Positions 8,799-17,429 of a stretch of 64,000 bases of DNA are shown one piece after another; position 1 is the stretch's first letter; each line of letters starts with the position of its first letter. The position numbers and the translations under genes are program-made. Origin of the DNA: PVC group bacterium (lineage in GTDB: Bacteria > Omnitrophota > Gorgyraeia > B26-G9); NCBI GenBank assembly GCA_024231215.1, contig JAAEQR010000195.1, forward strand, positions 433,349 to 497,348, written 5' to 3'. Under the pieces are notes generated by a model, which was not told the DNA's origin, ran no database searches, and saw nothing but the letters and a program-made list of their open reading frames with translations.

Positions 8799-10731
8799 AC
8801 TGGCAAATAAACTCCTGATACAGATGATTATTGTTGTAATGATCATTTCGGCAGTATTTTATTTTATTATCACTATGCAGGCTAAAGAATCGGAAAAACG
8901 GATATTTGATAAAGCTAAGCTTTTTTCAGCAATTCTGGGAGTTCATATGGACAGGATTGTTGGCGATAATTTGCTTGTTTATCAGAGTTTGCAGACTGTG
9001 GTTTCCGGATTGGCCAAGGCCGATGAGAAAATAGAGAAGATCAGAATTATTGCACCGGAGTCTATTGTATTGGCAGACAGTAATGAGGAGAGAATCTGGC
9101 AGACTGTGGTTTCCGGATATCGGGATGTAATAGAAACGGTGATAGAAACTGGGCAGGCAAAATCTCTTGTTAAAAAAGTATTGGGAAGAGAATTGGTGGT
9201 TCGTTTTATGCCTCTTTTTTCTGAAAAGGAAAAAGAGAATTTGATTGGGGTGATGCAGCTTAATGTGAAATTTTCTTCGCAGCAAGCTCAGGGCATGGCT
9301 TATTTAAGGAGTAATAAAGCGGCTTATTTTAAAGAGAATGCCGCAAGGTTGTCAAAAGAAGTGTCTGAAAATCTGCAAAATGTGCTTGACGATGTGGAAA
9401 GGAATTTTCATTACCTTGATGATTTGGTGGCTCGTATGATCAAGGATGAAGAAATCCAGGATATTAGATTTTTTTCTAAAGATCTGCGATTGCTGGGCTC
9501 GGGTAGTTCCGGAAGGCGTGCGTTACTTTATAGTGATAATGATACGGAATTTTATGAAAGAGTAATAAAAAACGGGAGTATTTTAAAAAGAAATATAGCA
9601 AAATCAGGGGTTGAAGTAGTAAGTCCTCTTTATGTACCGGGTGATACAGAAAAACAGGTGGGCGGAGCCGTGGGTATTACTCTTTCGCTGAAGCGTATTA
9701 ATGAATTAGTATTTTCCCGGATAAAGAATATTTTAATAATGAGTTTGCTTATTATTTGTGCGTTTTGTTTGCTGATCGGGGTGTTTTTCAAGCGGACAGT
9801 AATTGCTCCTTTAAATGGTCTTATGCAGATGGCGCAGCGTGTGGGTAAAGGAGATTTCTCTAAGAAAATACAGGTGGTGTCAAATGATGAGATTGGAAGT
9901 TTGGCCGAAGCTTTTAATCAAATGTCGGATGAATTAAAAAAATCAAAAGAACAGATAGAAGATTTTAATCTAGGTTTGCAGGAAAAAGTAGATAAGGCAA
10001 CCAAAGAATTAGAAGAAAAACAAGCTCAGCTTATTGAATCAGAACGCATGGCTTCGTTAGGAGTTCTTTCCAGCGGGATTGCACATGAGATAAACAACCC
10101 TTTGGGTGTAATTTTAGGGCATGCGCAGATGCTTTTAAAGGAATTAAAGACAAGGGGTGATTTAGAAGATGCGCAGGAAGCGGAAAAGTTGCTTAATACT
10201 ATAGAAGAATATGCAAGAAGATGTACTCATATAGTTAGAAGCCTGTTACAGTTTGCAAAAAAAAGAGAGATGCAGTTTAGTGAAACAGATGTAAGTTCAA
10301 CGGTGAGTAACGCCTTAATGTTTGCTGAAGGCCGCTTGAATAAAAAAGAAATCAAAGTGGGAAAACATTTAGCTTCGGATTTGCCTCCTGTTTTAGCTGA
10401 CGCGATACATCTTGAACAGGTTTTTATTAATATTATTTTTAATGCTGAGCAGAGTATGAATCAGGGTAGCAAGTTGGATGTATCTATTGAGCTTGAAAAA
10501 GGAGAAGAGATTGTAGTTGCTTTTCAGGATGAGGGAGAGGGGGTCTCGGAAGAAAATATTAAAAAGATATTCGATCCATTTTTCTCTACGCGAGAGCCGG
10601 GAGAAGGTGTGGGGTTAGGGTTATCGATTTCTTATGGGATAATTAAAGCGCATGGCGGAGATATTAATATCGAGAGTGAAGTTGGTAAAGGAACCAGGGT
10701 AAGTGTGAGATTGCCGGTTAAAAAGGGGTAA
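8788..10731 (+). CDS. Sensor histidine kinase (2 TM, periplasmic sensor, HAMP, HisKA, HATPase)
   Basis: HAMP DEIGSLAEAFNQM, H-box AHEINNPL, DPFFST and GVGLGLS. Start at ATG 8788 follows GAGGTGGAG. Confidence 0.93.
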   Translation: MKNKLANKLLIQMIIVVMIISAVFYFIITMQAKESEKRIFDKAKLFSAILGVHMDRIVGDNLLVYQSLQTVVSGLAKADEKIEKIRIIAPESIVLADSNEERIWQTVVSGYRDVIETVIETGQAKSLVKKVLGRELVVRFMPLFSEKEKENLIGVMQLNVKFSSQQAQGMAYLRSNKAAYFKENAARLSKEVSENLQNVLDDVERNFHYLDDLVARMIKDEEIQDIRFFSKDLRLLGSGSSGRRALLYSDNDTEFYERVIKNGSILKRNIAKSGVEVVSPLYVPGDTEKQVGGAVGITLSLKRINELVFSRIKNILIMSLLIICAFCLLIGVFFKRTVIAPLNGLMQMAQRVGKGDFSKKIQVVSNDEIGSLAEAFNQMSDELKKSKEQIEDFNLGLQEKVDKATKELEEKQAQLIESERMASLGVLSSGIAHEINNPLGVILGHAQMLLKELKTRGDLEDAQEAEKLLNTIEEYARRCTHIVRSLLQFAKKREMQFSETDVSSTVSNALMFAEGRLNKKEIKVGKHLASDLPPVLADAIHLEQVFINIIFNAEQSMNQGSKLDVSIELEKGEEIVVAFQDEGEGVSEENIKKIFDPFFSTREPGEGVGLGLSISYGIIKAHGGDINIESEVGKGTRVSVRLPVKKG

Positions 10732-10734
10732 AAG

Positions 10735-12129
10735 GTGAATAAAGAGTATATTCTAGTAGTAGATGATGAGCGTGGGATGCGTGAATACCTCAAAAAACTT
10801 TTAACAGATAACGGATATGCTGTAGTTGTAGCCAATAACGGGATGGAAGCTTTGACGCAGATAGAAAAAAAGATTCCAGTTTTAGCCATAATAGATTTCA
10901 AGATGCCCGGTATGGACGGATTGGAACTTTTGGCTAAAATAAAAGAGGTGCATCAACAGATAACCGTGATTATGATGACAGCTTACGGCACAATGGAAAA
11001 TGCGATAAAGGCGATGAAGCTGGGAGCCTATGATTATTTAAATAAACCATTTGAGCTTGATGAGATATCACTTGTTATTGATAAGGCTTTTGAAAAGAAA
11101 CGCTTGGAAGAGGAGAACATAGAGCTTCGCAGAGAGCTTAAAAAAGCTTATACATTTGAGGATATTGTTTCCAGTAATGACCAGATGCGTAATATTTTTG
11201 ATACGGTTCAAAAAATAGCGGATACTAAAAGTACTATTTTGATCCAAGGAGAAACAGGTACAGGTAAAGAGCTTATTGCCCGGGCTATACATAATCTGAG
11301 CCAGCGTAAAAACAATTCATTTATTCCGGTAGATTGCAGTGCGCTTACCACAAGTCTTTTGGAAAGTGAGCTTTTTGGTCATGTTAAAGGTGCGTTTACC
11401 GGAGCGAGTACGGATAAAAAAGGTCTTTTTGAGGCGGCGCATGGCGGAACTATATTTCTAGATGAAATAGGACATATTTCTTTGGAGATACAGTCAAAGC
11501 TGCTGCGTGTTTTGCAGGACGGAGAGATAAAAAGGGTGGGAGAGGCTTTAGCACGCAAGGTGGATATTCGTCTTATTGCTGCAAGTAATGAAAATTTAGA
11601 ACGCGCGGTAAAAGAAGGAAGGTTTCGCCAGGATCTTTATTATCGTTTAAATGTGGTGCCGTTGTCTTTGCCGGCTTTACGGGAAAGGACAGAAGATATT
11701 CCGATTTTAATCGAGCATTTTATTAAAAAATATAATCATATAGAAAGTAAAAAATTAGAGAATGTATCCCCGGAAGTTTTAAAGATATTGATGGACTATC
11801 AATGGCCGGGCAATGTGCGGGAGTTGGAAAATCTAATACACCGGGCAGTAGTTATGGAGGTGGGGCCGGTGATTTTACCTAGTGATTTGCCGGCAGGAAT
11901 AAGAGAGCCGCTGATTACTGCGGAGAGGCGAGATATCCTTTCCCGGACGAATAATTTTAGGAAAGCTAAGCGCCAGGCAATGGAAGCTTTTGAGCGGCGT
12001 TTCCTGGCTGAGTGTTTAATTCGAAATAAAGGAAACGTAAGTAAAACTGCAAAAGAGATGGGATTGGACCGGAGAAATTTACAGAGAAAATGTAAGTATT
12101 ATAAGATTAATCCGGGAGAATTTAAATAA
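10735..12129 (+). CDS. Sigma-54-dependent response regulator (NtrC/AtoC/ZraR family)
   Basis: Receiver domain (VVDDE, D.KMPG), GETGTGKE, GAFTGA, WPGNVRELEN and a Fis-type HTH. Confidence 0.95.
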   Translation: MNKEYILVVDDERGMREYLKKLLTDNGYAVVVANNGMEALTQIEKKIPVLAIIDFKMPGMDGLELLAKIKEVHQQITVIMMTAYGTMENAIKAMKLGAYDYLNKPFELDEISLVIDKAFEKKRLEEENIELRRELKKAYTFEDIVSSNDQMRNIFDTVQKIADTKSTILIQGETGTGKELIARAIHNLSQRKNNSFIPVDCSALTTSLLESELFGHVKGAFTGASTDKKGLFEAAHGGTIFLDEIGHISLEIQSKLLRVLQDGEIKRVGEALARKVDIRLIAASNENLERAVKEGRFRQDLYYRLNVVPLSLPALRERTEDIPILIEHFIKKYNHIESKKLENVSPEVLKILMDYQWPGNVRELENLIHRAVVMEVGPVILPSDLPAGIREPLITAERRDILSRTNNFRKAKRQAMEAFERRFLAECLIRNKGNVSKTAKEMGLDRRNLQRKCKYYKINPGEFK

Positions 12130-12151
12130 AAATCGTGACCTAACCCGATTC

Positions 12152-12201
12152 CACCTGCGCAAAAATTGTCGCGATGCGGCGAAAAATACGCATATTTTGC
12201 G
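12152..12201 (+). repeat. Perfect 50-bp direct repeat, copy 1
   Basis: CACCTGCGCAAAAATTGTCGCGATGCGGCGAAAAATACGCATATTTTGCG, identical to 17221-17270. Confidence 0.97.
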
Positions 12202-12231
12202 CAAAATTATCCTTACCTATAAATCCCCCAC

Positions 12232-12260
12232 TTGTAATTTTAAAAGACATAATGTATACT
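12232..12260 (+). promoter_or_regulatory. Putative sigma-70 promoter for the SecA-domain gene
   Basis: TTGTAA-N17-TATACT. Confidence 0.45.
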
Positions 12261-12354
12261 TAAAACTTCTGCGGAACTCGTCCGAAAGATGATAAAATCG
12301 GAAGCTGCGCAGAGGCCTTAAGTATAAACTATCAGGTCTATTGTAATTTCTGGG

Positions 12355-15300
12355 TTGCAGTTAGAAGGTTGGCGAAAATTGAAGAGTATTAAACATCTGA
12401 TCATATTTTTTCTTATAAACACGATTATTTTATCAAACATCCCGCCAGTATTTGCTGAAAAAGCTTATAGCGTTTGTCTTTCCCCCGTTGTAACAATTAA
12501 CACTCCTGCGTTGAAATACAATTTTTCTCAGCTTGAGCTTGGCCGCTTACTAGAAACAACACAGTTAAATATTGAAGTAAATGGATTTATCAGAGATTTG
12601 TTTGGTAAAAATAGTAAGAATTTTGTGAATGCTACATTCAAAGGATTTAAAGTTGATTTGATCTCAGGGAGGGGATATCCTGTCGCAGATGAAATTGTTC
12701 CATTTAGATTGGATGATCATGGATATGTTCATCTGACCGAAAGCATGGCTCAACTGATTCAGGATCATCCGGATAGAGAAGAAATTTTATTTGAAATCGG
12801 AGTGCATTATACTCTTAAACTTAATTATAAAGTACTTGCGCAACATCATCCAAATAGCAAACATTATACACAACACAAGTTCAACCTTTTGTTAATTAGA
12901 GCTTTGCCAGATAATAGCGAAAGGGCGATTATTGGTAACTACCTTCCCATTATTTCTAATGGAGCTATTCAGCCAATTGATAGTTTGTTAGGTATTAGGG
13001 ATTATGTCGGTAATGATGACGTAGTATCCCATCATCTTGCATTATTATTCGAACGATATGCTCGCAGGAGACGTATTGGTTATCGAAAACCTGGAAGTTA
13101 TGAAGTGGTAAAAGGCAAAGAAACTTATATGGATTACTTTTATAATACTAAGCATGGTTTAAGTTTTCTGAGTGTTCCCGGGAAACTATCCGCGTTTTTA
13201 ATGTCTTTACAGATTAACGAAAATAATGTATCTGTCGGCCGCTATGATATATCAATAAATGATGTTAATAAAAATTTAAGATCTAATCTAGCCGGTGAAA
13301 ACATGCTTTTTGCTGCGGGGTCACTTTGCATGCACAATAATATGGAACGTTATAGAATAGAAGCGACGGTTCCCTTACTTACGAATGCGTTAGGCGATTT
13401 TAGAAATGATCCTCTGGTTGCCGGATTTTTAGCCTCAGTTACCGGAGATTTTGATATGTATTTTGTTAGGGATTTAATCGAAAAATTTAAAGGAGCCGAC
13501 CTTATTCAAATTGTCTATCAACTTCAAAGGCTTAGAAGAAAGGTAAGAAATGATTCTGATAAAGATTGGGATTTAAGTGAAAGTAAGCAATTTCATAGAA
13601 CTGTTGAACATGTTATGCGGACTTATTCGAAAAAAAATGTTTCCATGATTTTAGATAGTTTTGAAAAACTGGGAGATATATACAACTTGGTGAATGAATC
13701 ATATCGTCCGATGCATAAAGTAATGCCGATTCTCATCTTTATGACAGAGCTGATTTCACGAAGTGAAGATCCTTTAAGAGAAGTTATTGATCCATTACAT
13801 AGTTTTATTTCTACAGTCTCTCCGGCGCAGATTCTTGCTTGTTTGCCTCTTGTTGAAGGCACAGGAACCTTTGGTCTGGCACGTTTGCAAAGCTTAATAC
13901 AGAGATTCGGAAAATTTAATATTAATATCGCGGCTTTAGATATTGTCCCATGGATGAAATTAGCATATGTCGAGTATATTCTGAATCATAGCTCGGATCC
14001 AGAGCATGACTTAAAGCATCTAAATGTTTATCTAAGACATCAAATAGTTCAGAGGGATAGAGAAAACCTTATTCTTGATAATATGAAAAAACTCTATGAA
14101 ATTTATGACTTGCGGCGCGCTCATCATGCTTTATTTAATAATTTGGATCTCCAGTTTACGCCGGGCGAGATTATTGCTGTGGCAAATAAAAAACTAACTG
14201 CGGGGATGGAAAGAGACGGTTCTTATGTGCCATCCATACGGAATATTCGTCATGACCTAGATCAGAGAGGGAATTATAATTGGAATTCTGAGCGGGGAGA
14301 TGATATTGAATTATTGATCTATGGGCTTAACCATTTAAATGCTTCTGACGGGACGCTTATTGCTTTTCAAAAATACGAAAAGATTTTAATTCAATCTTTA
14401 ATTGCTCTAAAATTTGTTGTTGCTCAGGAAGAGTTATTGTTAAAACTTAGAGATCAATTGTTCCAAGTTATGGTTCGTTTTCTTTGCTTGAATAACGAAA
14501 CGGTAGATCCGCTTATCTTGCTCGGATATTTAAATACGATAAGCGAGCATATGAATTACGCTACCGCGGAATCTTTAATTAAGTTTTTAGATAAAATAGT
14601 TTCAAATGGGGATGTTGCTGGTCTGGATAGATTGTTGGAAGAATTAGCTTACTCTGCCGACTGTATGCCTGCCAGAGAAGCAAAGGCAATTATTCGTCAG
14701 TATATTAGTGAGGTTGAGGAGGGTGGAGTGCAGCAAACACTTACCAGATTGATTGCATTACGTGTTGAGTATGAACAGAAGAGATTCCCTGAGGAGGAGC
14801 AATCAATATCAAACATGGTGGCTCAGATTAAAGGCTTGCCTGCTACAGACCAGAAAAGACTAGAGGATGAAATACAAACAGTACTAGGTCACGAAAAAAC
14901 AATAATAAAGATGAGCGATTCTGAGATTAAAAAAAGAGTCAAAGCACTTAAGATTCAAGTGCAAAGAAAAGAGGTGCTTTTTGAGGATGTTAAGCTTTTA
15001 TATTTGGCCTATATCAGAGAGATTGCTAAAAGAAAATACGGGATGAGAGCTTACAATATCCAATTAGCCGCGGTCCTTCTTTTCTTTTATGAGGGAGATT
15101 TTAATAAAAGGGGGTTGGTTCAAGAAATTAAGACAGGTGAGGGCAAATCGCTAATTTTTGCCTTAACAAATAGTTTAGCTGCTTTGACGGGCAAACCAGT
15201 GGATGTTTTTACGGTAAATACATATCTTGCCGCTCGTGATGCCGAACAATTTAAAGTTTTGTATAATTTTTTAGGATTAACTGTTGCCTATTTAAAAGAC

Positions 15301-17193
15301 AATCAAGATGAGGGGCTAGTCGCAGTTAATGAACAATCTTTTGCCGCGGATATTGTCTATGGAACGAATTCCAATTTTGAGTATATATACCTCCTGGAAT
15401 GTATTAGTCAACAACCTATACGTGCGAAAGATGTCGCTGGCAAAACAAAACGGCGGGAATTTGCCATGGCTGTTGTTGATGAGGTCGATATGTTGTTTTT
15501 GGATGAAGCGCTTAATACACATACGATAGCCCGGCCTGATAATATTTTTCCGACTTGGCCGTTCAAGCCGATCTGGAAATTCTTCAATGAATTGGTTCTC
15601 AATATTGATTATAAGGCTGAAGGCCTAACTAATAGAGGAAAAATAAAATATTCTGAGTTCATAGGGCAGTTATACAAGAAAGAAGGAAAAGGGAAGGAGC
15701 TATTATCCGAGAGTCAATTAAAAAGATTCGCTCAATCCGCCCTAATTGCACTGCGTTTAAGAAAAAATCAGGATTATGTTGTAAAAGAAGCAATCAAGAG
15801 GCGTCCTGAAAGAACGATTTGGAGCGGGAAACGTAAGGCTCAAGATGAAGTGATTATTGTTGTGCAAGAAACAGGTCGAAAACACTTCGGCTCATTGTGG
15901 TATGACGGGATTCATCAGTTTGTCGAGTTAAAAGAAGGGATGAAACCAAGTCTAATGAATCGATCGATAGCCTCAATTACACGTCCTTTTTATTTTAGTA
16001 AGTATGAGAAACTATTTGCGCTTACTGGGACGATTGGATCCGAGACAGATGCCTGGGAATTGCAAAAGATATATGGAGTAAATTCGCTTTGTCTTCCTCC
16101 ACATAAGCATTCAAAGCGTGAAGACAGAGAAGATTTAATCCTGGATACATTAGAGCAAAAATGGACAGAAGTTATCCAAAGCATTCAAGCCGAACATAAT
16201 AAAGGACGACCTGTGTTAGTAGGAGTGAGAACGATAGAGCAGTCTGTTAAACTTCACCGGAAACTTGAAGAGGAAACAAGGATTGATGCCCAGCTTTTAA
16301 ATGGAGAGCAAGGCACTCCGGAAGCGCAGATTATAAAGCAGGCAGGTTTAAGCGGAACGGTAACGATTGCCACCAATTTGGCGGGACGAGGAACAGATAT
16401 ACTTCTCGGTAAAGGTGTCGAAGCGCGGGCTGGTTTGCATGTTATTGGAACGGAGCGTTTTAGATCCAGGCGAATTGATGACCAGTTAAAAGGAAGAGCG
16501 GGTAGGCAGGGGCAGCCGGGAAGTTCTCAATTCATTATCTCTCTTGAGGACGAGGCATATCGCAGCTATTTAGATCAGGAGAAGTTAAGGAAACAGCAAG
16601 ATCATGCTAAGAGAAAACAGGCTGTACAGGATGTTCAAGAAAAATTAGATGTTGCTTCTTTTGAAAGGCGGGTTAGGGTTTTCCGCATTTGCTCTATTCA
16701 GGATAGGCAAATGACGGATTTTTTCAATGAGATAGAGCGTCTTTTTAATATGAAGAGAATAGATAAAATTTTCCCGGAAATTATTCCGGAGTATAATCGA
16801 CCATCTCTGCTTGGAACTGATGAAAGAGCTTCTATATTTACAATAGTAGAGGCAGGGGATGTGTGTTTTGAGGGCTGGATAGCTCATTTGCAGTTATTGG
16901 AAGAGTTGAGGAAAGCACTTGAATTTGAATCATCTGAAACCTTTGAGTCTGGTCTAGAAATATATCAGGAACAGGCGGAAAAAAGTTTTAAGAATGTTAT
17001 GAATGAATTACGGGAAAAGGTATATCTATTATATGCGGAGTTATCGGGGTTGGATCAAGTTGAAGTTGTCAAAAGGGGCAATGATTTTGAACAAACTGGC
17101 GTTACTCCGACACAAAAGCCTTTAATTGATGGAATGGAACTATTCCAAGTAGAAAATCAAATAATTGCGGCTATGCTTGAGCAAGCAGTTTAA
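12355..17193 (+). CDS. Large protein: signal peptide, ~830-aa unknown N-terminal region and SecA-like ATPase domain
   Basis: KTGEGKS, TVNTYLAARDAE, YGTN, DEVD, WYDGIHQ..E.KEG, IATNLAGRGTDI and SRRIDDQLKGRAGRQG..GSS occur in SecA order. The N-terminus is basic, then hydrophobic, ending VFA. Confidence 0.85.
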   Translation: MQLEGWRKLKSIKHLIIFFLINTIILSNIPPVFAEKAYSVCLSPVVTINTPALKYNFSQLELGRLLETTQLNIEVNGFIRDLFGKNSKNFVNATFKGFKVDLISGRGYPVADEIVPFRLDDHGYVHLTESMAQLIQDHPDREEILFEIGVHYTLKLNYKVLAQHHPNSKHYTQHKFNLLLIRALPDNSERAIIGNYLPIISNGAIQPIDSLLGIRDYVGNDDVVSHHLALLFERYARRRRIGYRKPGSYEVVKGKETYMDYFYNTKHGLSFLSVPGKLSAFLMSLQINENNVSVGRYDISINDVNKNLRSNLAGENMLFAAGSLCMHNNMERYRIEATVPLLTNALGDFRNDPLVAGFLASVTGDFDMYFVRDLIEKFKGADLIQIVYQLQRLRRKVRNDSDKDWDLSESKQFHRTVEHVMRTYSKKNVSMILDSFEKLGDIYNLVNESYRPMHKVMPILIFMTELISRSEDPLREVIDPLHSFISTVSPAQILACLPLVEGTGTFGLARLQSLIQRFGKFNINIAALDIVPWMKLAYVEYILNHSSDPEHDLKHLNVYLRHQIVQRDRENLILDNMKKLYEIYDLRRAHHALFNNLDLQFTPGEIIAVANKKLTAGMERDGSYVPSIRNIRHDLDQRGNYNWNSERGDDIELLIYGLNHLNASDGTLIAFQKYEKILIQSLIALKFVVAQEELLLKLRDQLFQVMVRFLCLNNETVDPLILLGYLNTISEHMNYATAESLIKFLDKIVSNGDVAGLDRLLEELAYSADCMPAREAKAIIRQYISEVEEGGVQQTLTRLIALRVEYEQKRFPEEEQSISNMVAQIKGLPATDQKRLEDEIQTVLGHEKTIIKMSDSEIKKRVKALKIQVQRKEVLFEDVKLLYLAYIREIAKRKYGMRAYNIQLAAVLLFFYEGDFNKRGLVQEIKTGEGKSLIFALTNSLAALTGKPVDVFTVNTYLAARDAEQFKVLYNFLGLTVAYLKDNQDEGLVAVNEQSFAADIVYGTNSNFEYIYLLECISQQPIRAKDVAGKTKRREFAMAVVDEVDMLFLDEALNTHTIARPDNIFPTWPFKPIWKFFNELVLNIDYKAEGLTNRGKIKYSEFIGQLYKKEGKGKELLSESQLKRFAQSALIALRLRKNQDYVVKEAIKRRPERTIWSGKRKAQDEVIIVVQETGRKHFGSLWYDGIHQFVELKEGMKPSLMNRSIASITRPFYFSKYEKLFALTGTIGSETDAWELQKIYGVNSLCLPPHKHSKREDREDLILDTLEQKWTEVIQSIQAEHNKGRPVLVGVRTIEQSVKLHRKLEEETRIDAQLLNGEQGTPEAQIIKQAGLSGTVTIATNLAGRGTDILLGKGVEARAGLHVIGTERFRSRRIDDQLKGRAGRQGQPGSSQFIISLEDEAYRSYLDQEKLRKQQDHAKRKQAVQDVQEKLDVASFERRVRVFRICSIQDRQMTDFFNEIERLFNMKRIDKIFPEIIPEYNRPSLLGTDERASIFTIVEAGDVCFEGWIAHLQLLEELRKALEFESSETFESGLEIYQEQAEKSFKNVMNELREKVYLLYAELSGLDQVEVVKRGNDFEQTGVTPTQKPLIDGMELFQVENQIIAAMLEQAV

Positions 17194-17220
17194 ATATCCT
17201 ATAATCATTCCGAAGTGGCG

Positions 17221-17270
17221 CACCTGCGCAAAAATTGTCGCGATGCGGCGAAAAATACGCATATTTTGCG
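17221..17270 (+). repeat. Perfect 50-bp direct repeat, copy 2, containing tandem TGCG-N10-CGC(G/A) sites (putative upstream activator sequence)
   Basis: Identical to 12152-12201. Two 18-bp pseudo-palindromes at 17225-17242 and 17244-17261 lie about 110-145 bp upstream of a sigma-54 promoter. Confidence 0.9.
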
Positions 17271-17369
17271 TATTTTTATTCTCGTCAATAAAACCCTCCA
17301 AAACTCAAAACATAACAGCTTTGTTTTTAAGTAGTTATGATTTATGTTTTATTTATAAAATCATATTTC

Positions 17370-17385
17370 TGGCATGATATTTGCT
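17370..17385 (+). promoter_or_regulatory. Sigma-54 (-24/-12) promoter of the giant protein gene
   Basis: TGGCAT-GATAT-TTGCT closely matches TGGCAC-N5-TTGCW. It is followed by Shine-Dalgarno AAGGAG and ATG 17430. Confidence 0.85.
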
Positions 17386-17429
17386 TTTATAAAATAGACT
17401 GAATATAACTATCACAAAGGAGTAAGATC

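Noticed and set aside
12355-17193. Housekeeping secA
   Set aside because: It has a long N-terminal extension with a signal-like peptide, a divergent C-terminus and repeat-flanked context, so no gene symbol was given.
12152-17270. Transposon, prophage or CRISPR array defined by the 50-bp repeat
   Set aside because: Only two copies, no spacers or cas genes, and no transposase, integrase or phage genes.
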